DNA from: Anaeromyxobacter sp.
GTDB taxonomy: Bacteria; Myxococcota; Myxococcia; Myxococcales; Anaeromyxobacteraceae
DNA: 64,000 nt
Assembly: GCA_049840735.1 (NCBI GenBank)
Contig: JASGJN010000026.1
Location: 224,001-288,000 of the forward strand
Direction of reading: 5' to 3'
This document shows, one piece after another, positions 19,640 to 27,652 of this stretch. Numbering within the stretch: position 1 is the first letter of the stretch; each line of letters opens with the position of its first letter. The position numbers and the translations under genes were made by a program. Below the pieces are notes generated by a model. That model was not told where the DNA came from and did not search any database. It worked only from the letters and a program-made list of their open reading frames with translations.

Positions 19640-21415
19640 ATGCAGTCACGTCCGAGCACGCAGAACGGGAACGGCCACGCCAACGGCCATGGGCAGCCCT
19701 GGACCGGCTGGATCTCGCCGCCGCCGGCCCCGTCCCCGGGCGCCGCCGGCGCCGGGCTGGAGCGGTGGGCGGAGGAGGCGGCCGCCCCGCACCCGGTCCA
19801 CCTGGTGGCGGGGGACGGCCGGTCGCCGCTCTTCCTCGAGTCCGCCGACCCCGGCACCGGCCGGTGGCAGGACGCCCACCTCACCGACCCGGCCGCCCTC
19901 GATCCCGGGGCCCTGGCCTTCCTGGTGGCGCGCGGGCTGCTGATCCTGCCCGGCGCGCCGGGCGGCGAGCTCCGCGCCCGGCTGCAGGGGCGCCTGGTGG
20001 TGCCGCGCGACCTGGCCACGCGCGTCGGCCCCATCCCCGTCTGCTTCATCGTCATGGGCAACCACAACGCCTTCGACGGCACCGCCGAGATCCAGAACTT
20101 CGCCGGCTACGACTACCTCCAGCAGGCGCTGGCGGACCTGGGCGTGGCCAGCTGCTCGGTGGACACCAACCTCTGCAACGCCTTCGACCTGCCCATCCGC
20201 TCGCGGGCGGAGATGGTGCTCGCCACCATGGAGCTGGTGGGGCGTACCGCGCCCGCCGCCATCCGCCCCCGGCTGGACTTCACGCGCTGCGGCCTGGTCG
20301 GCCACTCCCGCGGCGGCGAGGCGGTGGTGATGGCGGCGCTCCTGGCGGCGGACCGCTCGCTGCCGGTGGACGTCCGCTGCGTGGCCTCCATCGCCCCCAC
20401 CGACTTCTCCAGCGCCTTCACCGGCGGCGCGGTGGGCGGGCGCGTGCCGGTGCCGCTCCGGCTGGACGGGGCGCGGCGGTACCTGGTGCTCCACGGCGCC
20501 CACGACGGCGACGTGGCGAACGTGCGGGGCAACGGGTTCGGCCTGTACGACCGCGCCACCTGCCCGAAGACCATGATCTTCGCGCGCGGCCTCACCCACA
20601 ACCGGTTCAACACCGTCTGGAACGAGTGCGCCGACTACGCCGACGGGCGCCACGTCTTCGTGGACGACCTCACCTGCCGGACCCGCACCGGCACCTTCGA
20701 CGAGCGGATCTTCGCCGCCGTGGTCCACCGCGAGTACGCCAGCTTCTACGTCGGCGCCCTGGTGCGGCGCACGCTGCTGGGCGACGCCTCCGCCGAGCAG
20801 GTCCTGGTGGGGGTGGAGGCGCCCACCGCGGCGCGGCTGCGCCAGTCGCCCGGGCTGCAGGGGCCGGCCGCCTCCATCCAGTGGACCGTGGGCGACCGGG
20901 TCACGGTGCAGGAGTTCGAGGGCGCCGGCCCCTTCCCGGCCACCGGGGGGCGGGTGGAGGCGGCCGCGACCGGGCGGGCCACGGTGCCGCATGCCACCCA
21001 GGCCTACGTGGCCACCGCCGCGGGGAACCGCATCCGCGTGGAGGTGCCCAGCGGCCGGCGGAACGTGGTGGGGCGGCGCGAGCTCACCTTCCGGCTCACC
21101 TCGATGATCCCCGTCACCAGCGAGGCGGCCATCGCGCGGGCGCCGCTGCCGGACTGGGAGGTGCGGGTCATCACCGGGAGCGGCACGCGCGTGGCCCGCG
21201 CGCGCGACGCCGATCGCCGCGGCCTGCGCGAGCCCAACCGGCCCTTCTTCCACGAGGTCGACGGCCCGCTCAACGTGACCAAGAACGCCTTCGACACCGT
21301 CAGCATCCCGCTCTCGGCCTTCGGCTCCACCGCCTGGAACGACGTCCAGGCCATCGAGTTCGAGGCCCGCGGCGGCGCCTTCCCGCTGATCGTCGACTCC
21401 ATCGCCTTCGTCTGA
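19640..21415 (+). CDS. Alpha/beta hydrolase (lipase/chlorophyllase-like) with C-terminal beta domain
   Basis: GLVGHSRGGE nucleophile elbow, HGAHDGDV (Asp), THNRFNTVW (His). Confidence 0.8.
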   Translation: MQSRPSTQNGNGHANGHGQPWTGWISPPPAPSPGAAGAGLERWAEEAAAPHPVHLVAGDGRSPLFLESADPGTGRWQDAHLTDPAALDPGALAFLVARGLLILPGAPGGELRARLQGRLVVPRDLATRVGPIPVCFIVMGNHNAFDGTAEIQNFAGYDYLQQALADLGVASCSVDTNLCNAFDLPIRSRAEMVLATMELVGRTAPAAIRPRLDFTRCGLVGHSRGGEAVVMAALLAADRSLPVDVRCVASIAPTDFSSAFTGGAVGGRVPVPLRLDGARRYLVLHGAHDGDVANVRGNGFGLYDRATCPKTMIFARGLTHNRFNTVWNECADYADGRHVFVDDLTCRTRTGTFDERIFAAVVHREYASFYVGALVRRTLLGDASAEQVLVGVEAPTAARLRQSPGLQGPAASIQWTVGDRVTVQEFEGAGPFPATGGRVEAAATGRATVPHATQAYVATAAGNRIRVEVPSGRRNVVGRRELTFRLTSMIPVTSEAAIARAPLPDWEVRVITGSGTRVARARDADRRGLREPNRPFFHEVDGPLNVTKNAFDTVSIPLSAFGSTAWNDVQAIEFEARGGAFPLIVDSIAFV

Positions 21416-21423
21416 GGGATCCC

Positions 21424-22884
21424 ATGAACGAGCCCATCACCGTCCGCTTCGAGCAGCTGGACCGCCCCGTCTACCCCGACTGCCGCGTGCGCGTGGTGGT
21501 CCGCACGCCCATGTCGCGCCGGGGCGGCGCGAAGCTCACCGCCCGCGTGGGCGGGCAGGAGCTGCAGGGCATCATGCTGGACCCGCAGGGGCAGGGGTTC
21601 GTGGGCTACCTCCCGCGCGCGCCGTCGGCCGGCGAGGCGCTGGTGCTGCGGCGCGGCGTCCACCTGGTGGAGACCGGGGTCCGGTTCCAGCCGCCCGCCG
21701 GCGGCCGCGGCGCGGGCATGGACGACGAGGTGGGCTGGGGCCAGGCGGCCGCGCCGGCGCCCACGGCCAGGGCGGGGGAGGGCGCGCCGGTCGCCTTCGA
21801 TCGCTGGGAGCGCGAGGTCCGCGCCGCCGCCGCCACGCCCCTCTCCAACCCGCGGCCCATCGCGCTCGCGGCCTTCCATCGCGCGCCCGGCGTGGACTAC
21901 CGGCTGGAGACCAGCGGCGGGGCGGCGGTGCTCACCGCCGTGACCACCCGCATCGGGGAGCGGTACGTGCCGCCGCGGCCGGAGGTGGTGACCGTCGGTC
22001 CGCGCGGCGCCGGGGGGCCGGCCGGCGCGGTCCCGCGGGTGCTGGAGGGCTTCCGGCCCGCCCACGTCGCCCAGCGGCCGCTCCCGGCGCCGCTGCCGCG
22101 CGAGCTGGAGCGGCTGGACGTGACCTACCGGCGGGGCGGGGCCCGGCCGCCGGCGCTGGTGGCCAGCTGGAACGGGCCCGAGCCGCTCCACGTCTTCGCG
22201 CCCGACACCCGCCGCGTCTTCTCCGACACGGCCTACCCCTGGAGCGCCTGCGGCCTCATCCCCGAGGTGGGCGCCTCCGGCGCCATGGTCGGCCCGCGCC
22301 ACATGCTCACCGCGGCCCACGCGCTCAACGTGACGGGCGGGAGCCTGGCGGCCATGAGCTTCGTCCCGCTCTCCTTCGACGGCCACCCGCCGCCCTTCGG
22401 CTCGGCCCAGGTGACGCGCGCCTACTACTTCACGCGCACCACCACCCGGTCCATCACCGACCAGCAGATCGCCTTCGACTTCGCCGTCTGCGTGCTGGAC
22501 CGGCGGCTGGGCGACCTGACCGGCTGGCTCGGCTCGCGGGTGTACGCCAGCGCCTGGAACGGCGGCGCCTACTGGGCGCACGTCGGCTACCCCTTCGACG
22601 TGGCCGGCGGCCGGCGGCCGGTCTTCCACGGCCCCGGCACCGTCGACTCGCTGGGCGACGAGACCATCGGCGGCCGCACCGCCTACCGGCTGCTCCACCG
22701 GAACGACATCGAGCCGGGGGACTCCGGCGGGCCGTTCTTCGGCTGGTGGAACGATCGGCCCTACGTGATCGGGGTGCAGAGCGCGCAGGACGGCGCGACC
22801 ACCCCCCCGTTCACGCCCAACCTCGCGGCCGGCGGTGAGCCGCTCGTGGAGCTCATCCGCCACGCCCTGACGGCCAACCCGTAG
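21424..22884 (+). CDS. Trypsin-like (V8/glutamyl endopeptidase-type) serine protease with unknown N-terminal domain
   Basis: LTAAH, DFAVCVL, GYP, GDSGGP. Confidence 0.9.
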   Translation: MNEPITVRFEQLDRPVYPDCRVRVVVRTPMSRRGGAKLTARVGGQELQGIMLDPQGQGFVGYLPRAPSAGEALVLRRGVHLVETGVRFQPPAGGRGAGMDDEVGWGQAAAPAPTARAGEGAPVAFDRWEREVRAAAATPLSNPRPIALAAFHRAPGVDYRLETSGGAAVLTAVTTRIGERYVPPRPEVVTVGPRGAGGPAGAVPRVLEGFRPAHVAQRPLPAPLPRELERLDVTYRRGGARPPALVASWNGPEPLHVFAPDTRRVFSDTAYPWSACGLIPEVGASGAMVGPRHMLTAAHALNVTGGSLAAMSFVPLSFDGHPPPFGSAQVTRAYYFTRTTTRSITDQQIAFDFAVCVLDRRLGDLTGWLGSRVYASAWNGGAYWAHVGYPFDVAGGRRPVFHGPGTVDSLGDETIGGRTAYRLLHRNDIEPGDSGGPFFGWWNDRPYVIGVQSAQDGATTPPFTPNLAAGGEPLVELIRHALTANP

Positions 22885-22904
22885 CGGTCCCCGGCGCGGG
22901 GCGA

Positions 22905-24707
22905 TCAGTAGGGCCGGAACCCCGGCTCGTCCGTCCCGGGGTCGCCGAGGTCCAGGTGCACGCCGTTCCGCCCGGCCGCGGCGCCGTCGGCGACGCCGGG
23001 CGCAGGGAGTGCCGGGCGAGCCGCCTTGCGGGCGGCCGCGGCGGCGGGCCGGGAAGCGCTCCGGGCCGGCGCGGGGGCGGCCCCGGCGTCCACGCGGAAG
23101 AACGCGATGGTGGCCTGGAGCTGGCTGGCCTGGCTGGTCAGCTCCTCCGCCGTGGCGCTGGTCTCCTCGGCGGCCGACGCGTTCTGCTGGATCACCTGGT
23201 CGAGCTGCTGGATGGCCTTGGTGATCTGCGCGGCGCCGCTGTCCTGCTCCCGGCTGGCGGAGGTGATCTCCAGCACCAGCTCGGCGGTGCGCTGCACGTC
23301 CGGCAGGATCCGCGCCAGCAGGTCACCGGCCTTCTCCGCCACGGCCACGCTGGTGCCGGAGAGCTCCGTGATCTCGCCGGCCGCCTTCTGGCTGCGCTCG
23401 GCCAGCTTCCGCACCTCGGAGGCCACCACCGCGAACCCCTTGCCGTGCTCGCCGGCCCGCGCGGCCTCGATGGCCGCGTTGAGCGCCAGCAGGTTGGTCT
23501 GGCGCGAGATCTCCCCGATGATGGAGATCTTCCCGGCGATCTGCTTCATGGCCTCCACGGTGCGCGCGACCGCCTCGCCGCCCTCGCGCGCGGCGGCAGC
23601 CGCCTTGGAGGCGATCTTCTCCGTCTGGGTTGAGTTGTCCGCGTTCTGGCGGATGTTGGCGCTCATCTGCTCCATGGAGGAGGAGATCTCCTCGATGGAG
23701 GAGGCCTGCTCGGTGGCGCCCTGGGAGAGCTGCTCGGAGGACGCGTTGAGCTGCTGCGACCCGCCGGCGACGTTGTGGGCGGCCGACTGGACGCCCTGCA
23801 CGACCTCGGAGAGCTTGGCCACCATCGCGGCCAGGGCCTTCATCAGCTCGTCCCGGTCCGACCGCGCCCGCACCTCCACCGCGAGGTTGCCGGCCGCGAT
23901 GTCCTGCGCCGCCCGCGTCACGCCGCGCATGGCGTGGACCATCTCGCCGAAGGCGGCCGCCAGCACGCCCACCTCGTCCTGGCGATCGATCTTCACCTCG
24001 ATGTCCACGTCCCCGCTGGCCATCCGGTTGGCGGCCGCCACCAGCGAGCGCACCGGCTCGCTGATGGAGCGCGCGATCAGGATCCCGAGCAGCACGGCCA
24101 GCGCGAACGCCAGGGCGGCGATGGTGATCATGGACCGCACGGCCTGCCGGGCGAGGTCGGCGTTCACCTTCGCGGTGGCCTCGGCCGCGGCCGCGTTGGC
24201 GTCCAGCAGCTCCTTGACCTTGACGCGGAGCGCCACGGCCGCCTCGAGGAACTCGCCCTGGAGGAGGTTGGCCGCGCCGGCGGTGTTCGCGGCCCGGATC
24301 TGGTCCCGCACGGCGGCGAGCTGGTGGGCGTACCGCTGGTGGACCTGCTGCAGCCCCTCGAAGCGGGCCCGGTCCTCGGTCGTCACCAGCGTCTCCTCGT
24401 ACCGGGTGAACGCGACCGCGATCTTCTCCTCCCGCGTCGCCACCTCCTTGAGCGCCGAGTCGCGCGCCGCCTCGGACTTGGCCAGCAGGGCCTCGTAGAG
24501 GAAGCCGCGCGTGGCGCGGAACTCGCCGTTGATCTCGCCGGCGTAGCGGAGCCCCAGCGCGCACTTCTCGTAGAGGAAGGTGTCGGCGGCGTTGAGGCGG
24601 TTGATCTCGGTGAGGCCGTACCAGCCAACCCCAGCGGCCATCGCGGCCACCAGCACGAACCCGAGCACGAGCTTCACCACCAGCCTGGCGTCCCTGTACC
24701 AACGCAT
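22905..24707 (-). CDS. Methyl-accepting chemotaxis protein (4-helix-bundle sensor, HAMP)
   Basis: Two TM helices; [37 protein letters not shown]. Confidence 0.95.
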   Translation of the reverse strand: MRWYRDARLVVKLVLGFVLVAAMAAGVGWYGLTEINRLNAADTFLYEKCALGLRYAGEINGEFRATRGFLYEALLAKSEAARDSALKEVATREEKIAVAFTRYEETLVTTEDRARFEGLQQVHQRYAHQLAAVRDQIRAANTAGAANLLQGEFLEAAVALRVKVKELLDANAAAAEATAKVNADLARQAVRSMITIAALAFALAVLLGILIARSISEPVRSLVAAANRMASGDVDIEVKIDRQDEVGVLAAAFGEMVHAMRGVTRAAQDIAAGNLAVEVRARSDRDELMKALAAMVAKLSEVVQGVQSAAHNVAGGSQQLNASSEQLSQGATEQASSIEEISSSMEQMSANIRQNADNSTQTEKIASKAAAAAREGGEAVARTVEAMKQIAGKISIIGEISRQTNLLALNAAIEAARAGEHGKGFAVVASEVRKLAERSQKAAGEITELSGTSVAVAEKAGDLLARILPDVQRTAELVLEITSASREQDSGAAQITKAIQQLDQVIQQNASAAEETSATAEELTSQASQLQATIAFFRVDAGAAPAPARSASRPAAAAARKAARPALPAPGVADGAAAGRNGVHLDLGDPGTDEPGFRPY

Positions 24708-24847
24708 CGTAGATCTCCCTTCACGGCGACCAGGCGGTCGACGGTCAGCTCAGCCGGGCGCTTCGGTGGCTCCCAGGGCCCGACCTGGAGACGGGACAGG
24801 GGAGAGGTTTGGTTCCTGCGGACACCCCGCAGGTGCTCCCCGCTTGG

Positions 24848-24864
24848 AGCACGGCGCGTGCCAA
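24848..24864 (-). promoter_or_regulatory. Sigma-54 promoter of the MCP gene
   Basis: Minus strand TTGGCACGCGCCGTGCT, GG-N10-GC, ~140 nt upstream of the ATG. Confidence 0.75.
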
Positions 24865-25090
24865 GGTGCCGCAGGTCCCGCTGCCGTGCTTTCCTGGCCC
24901 GGGTATGGGGCTTTCCTGCGCCCGCTTCGCTCACTCGCGCGGAGGGTAAAATGGAATCCGGGGGTGGGTCGCACCCGGCGTCATGGCGGGGCGGCGTACT
25001 CTTCGCGCCACCGGCCACGGCGCGGTCCCTCCATGGACCGACATCCTGGCCATTCTTCTCCAGGCGCCCAATGTGGGCAGGAGGTGTGAC

Positions 25091-25918
25091 GTGCAGCTCG
25101 GGAACGGTGACCGCTCGAACGTGGAGGACCGCCGAGGGCTCGGCGGGACGGGGCTCAAGCTGGGGCTGGGCGGGACGCTGGTGGTGGCCGTGCTCTCCCT
25201 GCTCTTCCGGCAGAACCTGTTCGCCGTGATCGATCAGGGGGGCGGCGGCGTGGACGCACCGGCCGCCTCCGGCGAGGCGGACGCGCGCAAGGCCGGCGAG
25301 TCCGAGCTGGAGCAGGTCGCCGTGGCCTCGTTCAACGACGCCCAGGGCGTCTGGGACAAGGCGCTGGGGCAGCGCTGGGAGCCGGCCCGGCTGGTCCTGT
25401 TCTGGGACGGGACCCGCTCCGGCTGCGGCGACGCCTCCTCGGCGATGGGCCCCTTCTACTGCCCGGCCGACCAGAAGGTCTACATCGACCTCGGCTTCTA
25501 CCGCGAGCTGGACCGCCGCTTCGGCGCGCCCGGCGACCTGGCCCAGGCCTACGTGATCGCGCACGAGGTGGGCCACCACGTGCAGCACCTGCTCGGCATC
25601 GACCGCAAGATGCGCGCGGCGCAGGACCGCTCGCCGCAGCAGGCGAACGCGCTCTCGGTGCGGCTGGAGCTGCAGGCCGACTGCCTGGCCGGCATCTGGG
25701 CGCGCACCGTGGCCGACCGCGGCCTGCTCGACGTGGGCGATCTCGAGGAGGCCATCGGCGCTGCCGCCGCCGTCGGCGACGACCGGCTGCAGAAGGCCGC
25801 CACCGGCGAGGTCCACGCCGAGTCCTTCACCCACGGCAGCGCCGCGCAGCGGACCAGCTGGTTCCGGCGCGGCTACGACACCACGCAGCTCACGGCCTGC
25901 GACACGTTCAGCGAGTAG
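25091..25918 (+). CDS. Neutral zinc metallopeptidase (YpfJ / Zn_peptidase family)
   Basis: SNVEDRRG, GPFYCPAD, AHEVGHHVQ, ELQADC, SFTHGS. Confidence 0.92.
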   Translation: MQLGNGDRSNVEDRRGLGGTGLKLGLGGTLVVAVLSLLFRQNLFAVIDQGGGGVDAPAASGEADARKAGESELEQVAVASFNDAQGVWDKALGQRWEPARLVLFWDGTRSGCGDASSAMGPFYCPADQKVYIDLGFYRELDRRFGAPGDLAQAYVIAHEVGHHVQHLLGIDRKMRAAQDRSPQQANALSVRLELQADCLAGIWARTVADRGLLDVGDLEEAIGAAAAVGDDRLQKAATGEVHAESFTHGSAAQRTSWFRRGYDTTQLTACDTFSE

Positions 25919-25946
25919 CGCCTGTGGGAACCCGGGCCATGCGCCG

Positions 25947-26044
25947 CCGTTCGCCCTGAGCCTGTCGAAGAGCGAACGAGGCCACGGAGAGCTCCGTTCG
26001 CCCTGAGCGCAGCCCCGCCGCAGGCGGGGCGAAGTCGAAGGGCA
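25947..26044. repeat. Two REP-like palindromic repeats
   Basis: CCGTTCGCCCTGAGC...GTCGAAG(G/A)GC units. Confidence 0.75.
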
Positions 26045-26070
26045 GGGGCTGACCGGGCCGCCCCACCCGG

Positions 26071-26092
26071 TCCTGACAGCACGCTGTCAGGA
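26071..26092. promoter_or_regulatory. Perfect inverted repeat, probable operator of the YafY/WYL regulator
   Basis: TCCTGACAGC-AC-GCTGTCAGGA, upstream of the VOC-WYL gene pair. Confidence 0.75.
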
Positions 26093-26160
26093 GGGGGGTC
26101 CTACAACGTCCTCACACCGCACCCGCATCCCGCGGGTCCGGCGCATGAGAGGACGACCCC

Positions 26161-26526
26161 ATGGCCCACCCCTTCGCCTACGCCGAGCTGCACTCCCCCC
26201 AGGTCCCGCGCGTCCGCGCCTTCTACGGCGAGCTCTTCGGCTGGACCTTCACCGAGTTCCCGGTGCCCGGGAAGTTCTACGCCGAGATCGCCACCGGCGA
26301 GGGCTTCCCGGGCGGCCTCACCGACCCGCAGCCCGAGCTGCGGCAGTTCACCGGCTGGCTCACCTACGTGAAGGTGGACGACCTGGCCGCCGCCACCGAG
26401 CAGGCCCGGCGGCTGGGCGCCACCATCGTGAAGGCCAACGTGCAGGTGCCGGACGCCGGCGCCTACACCTGGCTCATCGACCCGGCCGGCGCGGCGCTGG
26501 GGCTCTGGCAGCCGATCCCGCGGTAG
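26161..26526 (+). CDS. VOC/glyoxalase family protein
   Basis: AFYGELFGWTF, WLTYVKVDDL, DPAGAALGLWQ. Confidence 0.88.
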   Translation: MAHPFAYAELHSPQVPRVRAFYGELFGWTFTEFPVPGKFYAEIATGEGFPGGLTDPQPELRQFTGWLTYVKVDDLAAATEQARRLGATIVKANVQVPDAGAYTWLIDPAGAALGLWQPIPR

Positions 26527-26535
26527 AGTCGCGGG

Positions 26536-27222
26536 ATGCGCCGCGCCGACCGGCTCTTCCGCATCGTCCAGCGCCTCCGCCGGCGCGGGGTCCACACGGC
26601 CCGCGCGCTGGCGGAGGAGCTGGAGGTCTCGGAGCGGACCGTCTACCGGGACGTCCGCGACCTGATGCGGTCCGGCGTGCCCATCCTGGGCGAGGCCGGG
26701 GTCGGCTACGCGCTGCCCAAGGGCTACGACCTCCCACCGCTCATGTTCGACGAGGAGGAGATCGAGGCGCTGGTGCTGGGCGCCCGCGTGGTCCAGTCCT
26801 GGGCCGACCGGGACCTGGCCCGCGCCGCCGGCAGCGTGCTCTCGAAGGTGGAGGCGGTGCTGCCCGCCCACCTGCGCGAGCGCCTGCTCGGCTCGGCCGT
26901 CTTCGCGCCCGCCTTCGTGGTCCCGCCCGAGGTCGCCGCCGGGCTGGGCCCGCTGCGCGGCGCCATCAAGGACCGGCGCAAGGTCCGCTTCGCGTACGTG
27001 GACAAGGAGGGCGCCGGCTCGGCCCGCACCGTCTGGCCGCTGGGGCTCTTCTTCTGGGGACGCACCTGGTCGCTGGCCGGCTACTGCGAGCTGCGCCAGG
27101 GCTTCCGGAACTTCCGCTCCGACCGCATCCGCGAGCTGGAGGTGCTGGAGGAGCAGTACGAGCGGCTCCAGGGCCGCCGGCTGGAGGACCTGCTGCGGCA
27201 CTACCGGGAGGAGGGGCGGTAG
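26536..27222 (+). CDS. YafY-family HTH-WYL transcriptional regulator
   Basis: MRRADRLFRIVQ, LAEELEVSERTVYRD, WSLAGYCELRQGFRNFRSDRI. Confidence 0.93.
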   Translation: MRRADRLFRIVQRLRRRGVHTARALAEELEVSERTVYRDVRDLMRSGVPILGEAGVGYALPKGYDLPPLMFDEEEIEALVLGARVVQSWADRDLARAAGSVLSKVEAVLPAHLRERLLGSAVFAPAFVVPPEVAAGLGPLRGAIKDRRKVRFAYVDKEGAGSARTVWPLGLFFWGRTWSLAGYCELRQGFRNFRSDRIRELEVLEEQYERLQGRRLEDLLRHYREEGR

Positions 27223-27232
27223 CCGCAGCCGG

Positions 27233-27628
27233 CGCGAGGCCCGCCCCCCCGTTCGGCCTGAGCGTAGCGGCGCGCAGCGCCGCGGAGTCGAAGGCCAGCG
27301 CCGTTCATGCGTCAGCCGCGAGGCCCGCTCGCCGTTCGGCCTGAGCGTAGCGGCGCGCAGCGCCGCGGAGTCGAAGGCCAGCGCCGTTCATGCGCCAGCG
27401 CGAGGCCCGCCCCCCGTTCGGCCTGAGCGTAGCGCCGCGCAGCGCCGCGGAGTCGAAGGCCAGCGCCGTTCATGCGCCAGCCGCGAGGCCGCCCCCGTTC
27501 GGCCTGAGCGTAGCGCCGCGCAGCGCAGCGCCGCGGAGTCGAAGGCCAGCGCCGTTCATGCGCCAGCGCGAGGCCGCCCCCGTTCGGCCTGAGCGTAGCG
27601 GCGCGCAGCGCCGCGGAGTCGAAGGCCA
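27233..27628. repeat. Tandem array of five ~82-bp REP-containing units (BIME-like)
   Basis: CCGTTCGGCCTGAGCGTAGCG...GGAGTCGAAGGCCAG at ~27249, 27332, 27414, 27495, 27580 with near-identical linkers; lies between convergent genes. Confidence 0.85.
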
Positions 27629-27652
27629 GGGATCTCGACGGTCCGGTACTTC

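Noticed and set aside
5618..22884. Assignment to T6SS, eCIS, encapsulin, BMC, gas vesicle or prophage
   Set aside because: I recognised no sheath, tube, VgrG/PAAR, baseplate, capsid, BMC or GvpA motifs.
27233..27628. CRISPR array
   Set aside because: The 'spacers' are near-identical, the repeat is the dispersed REP-like element, and no cas genes are present.
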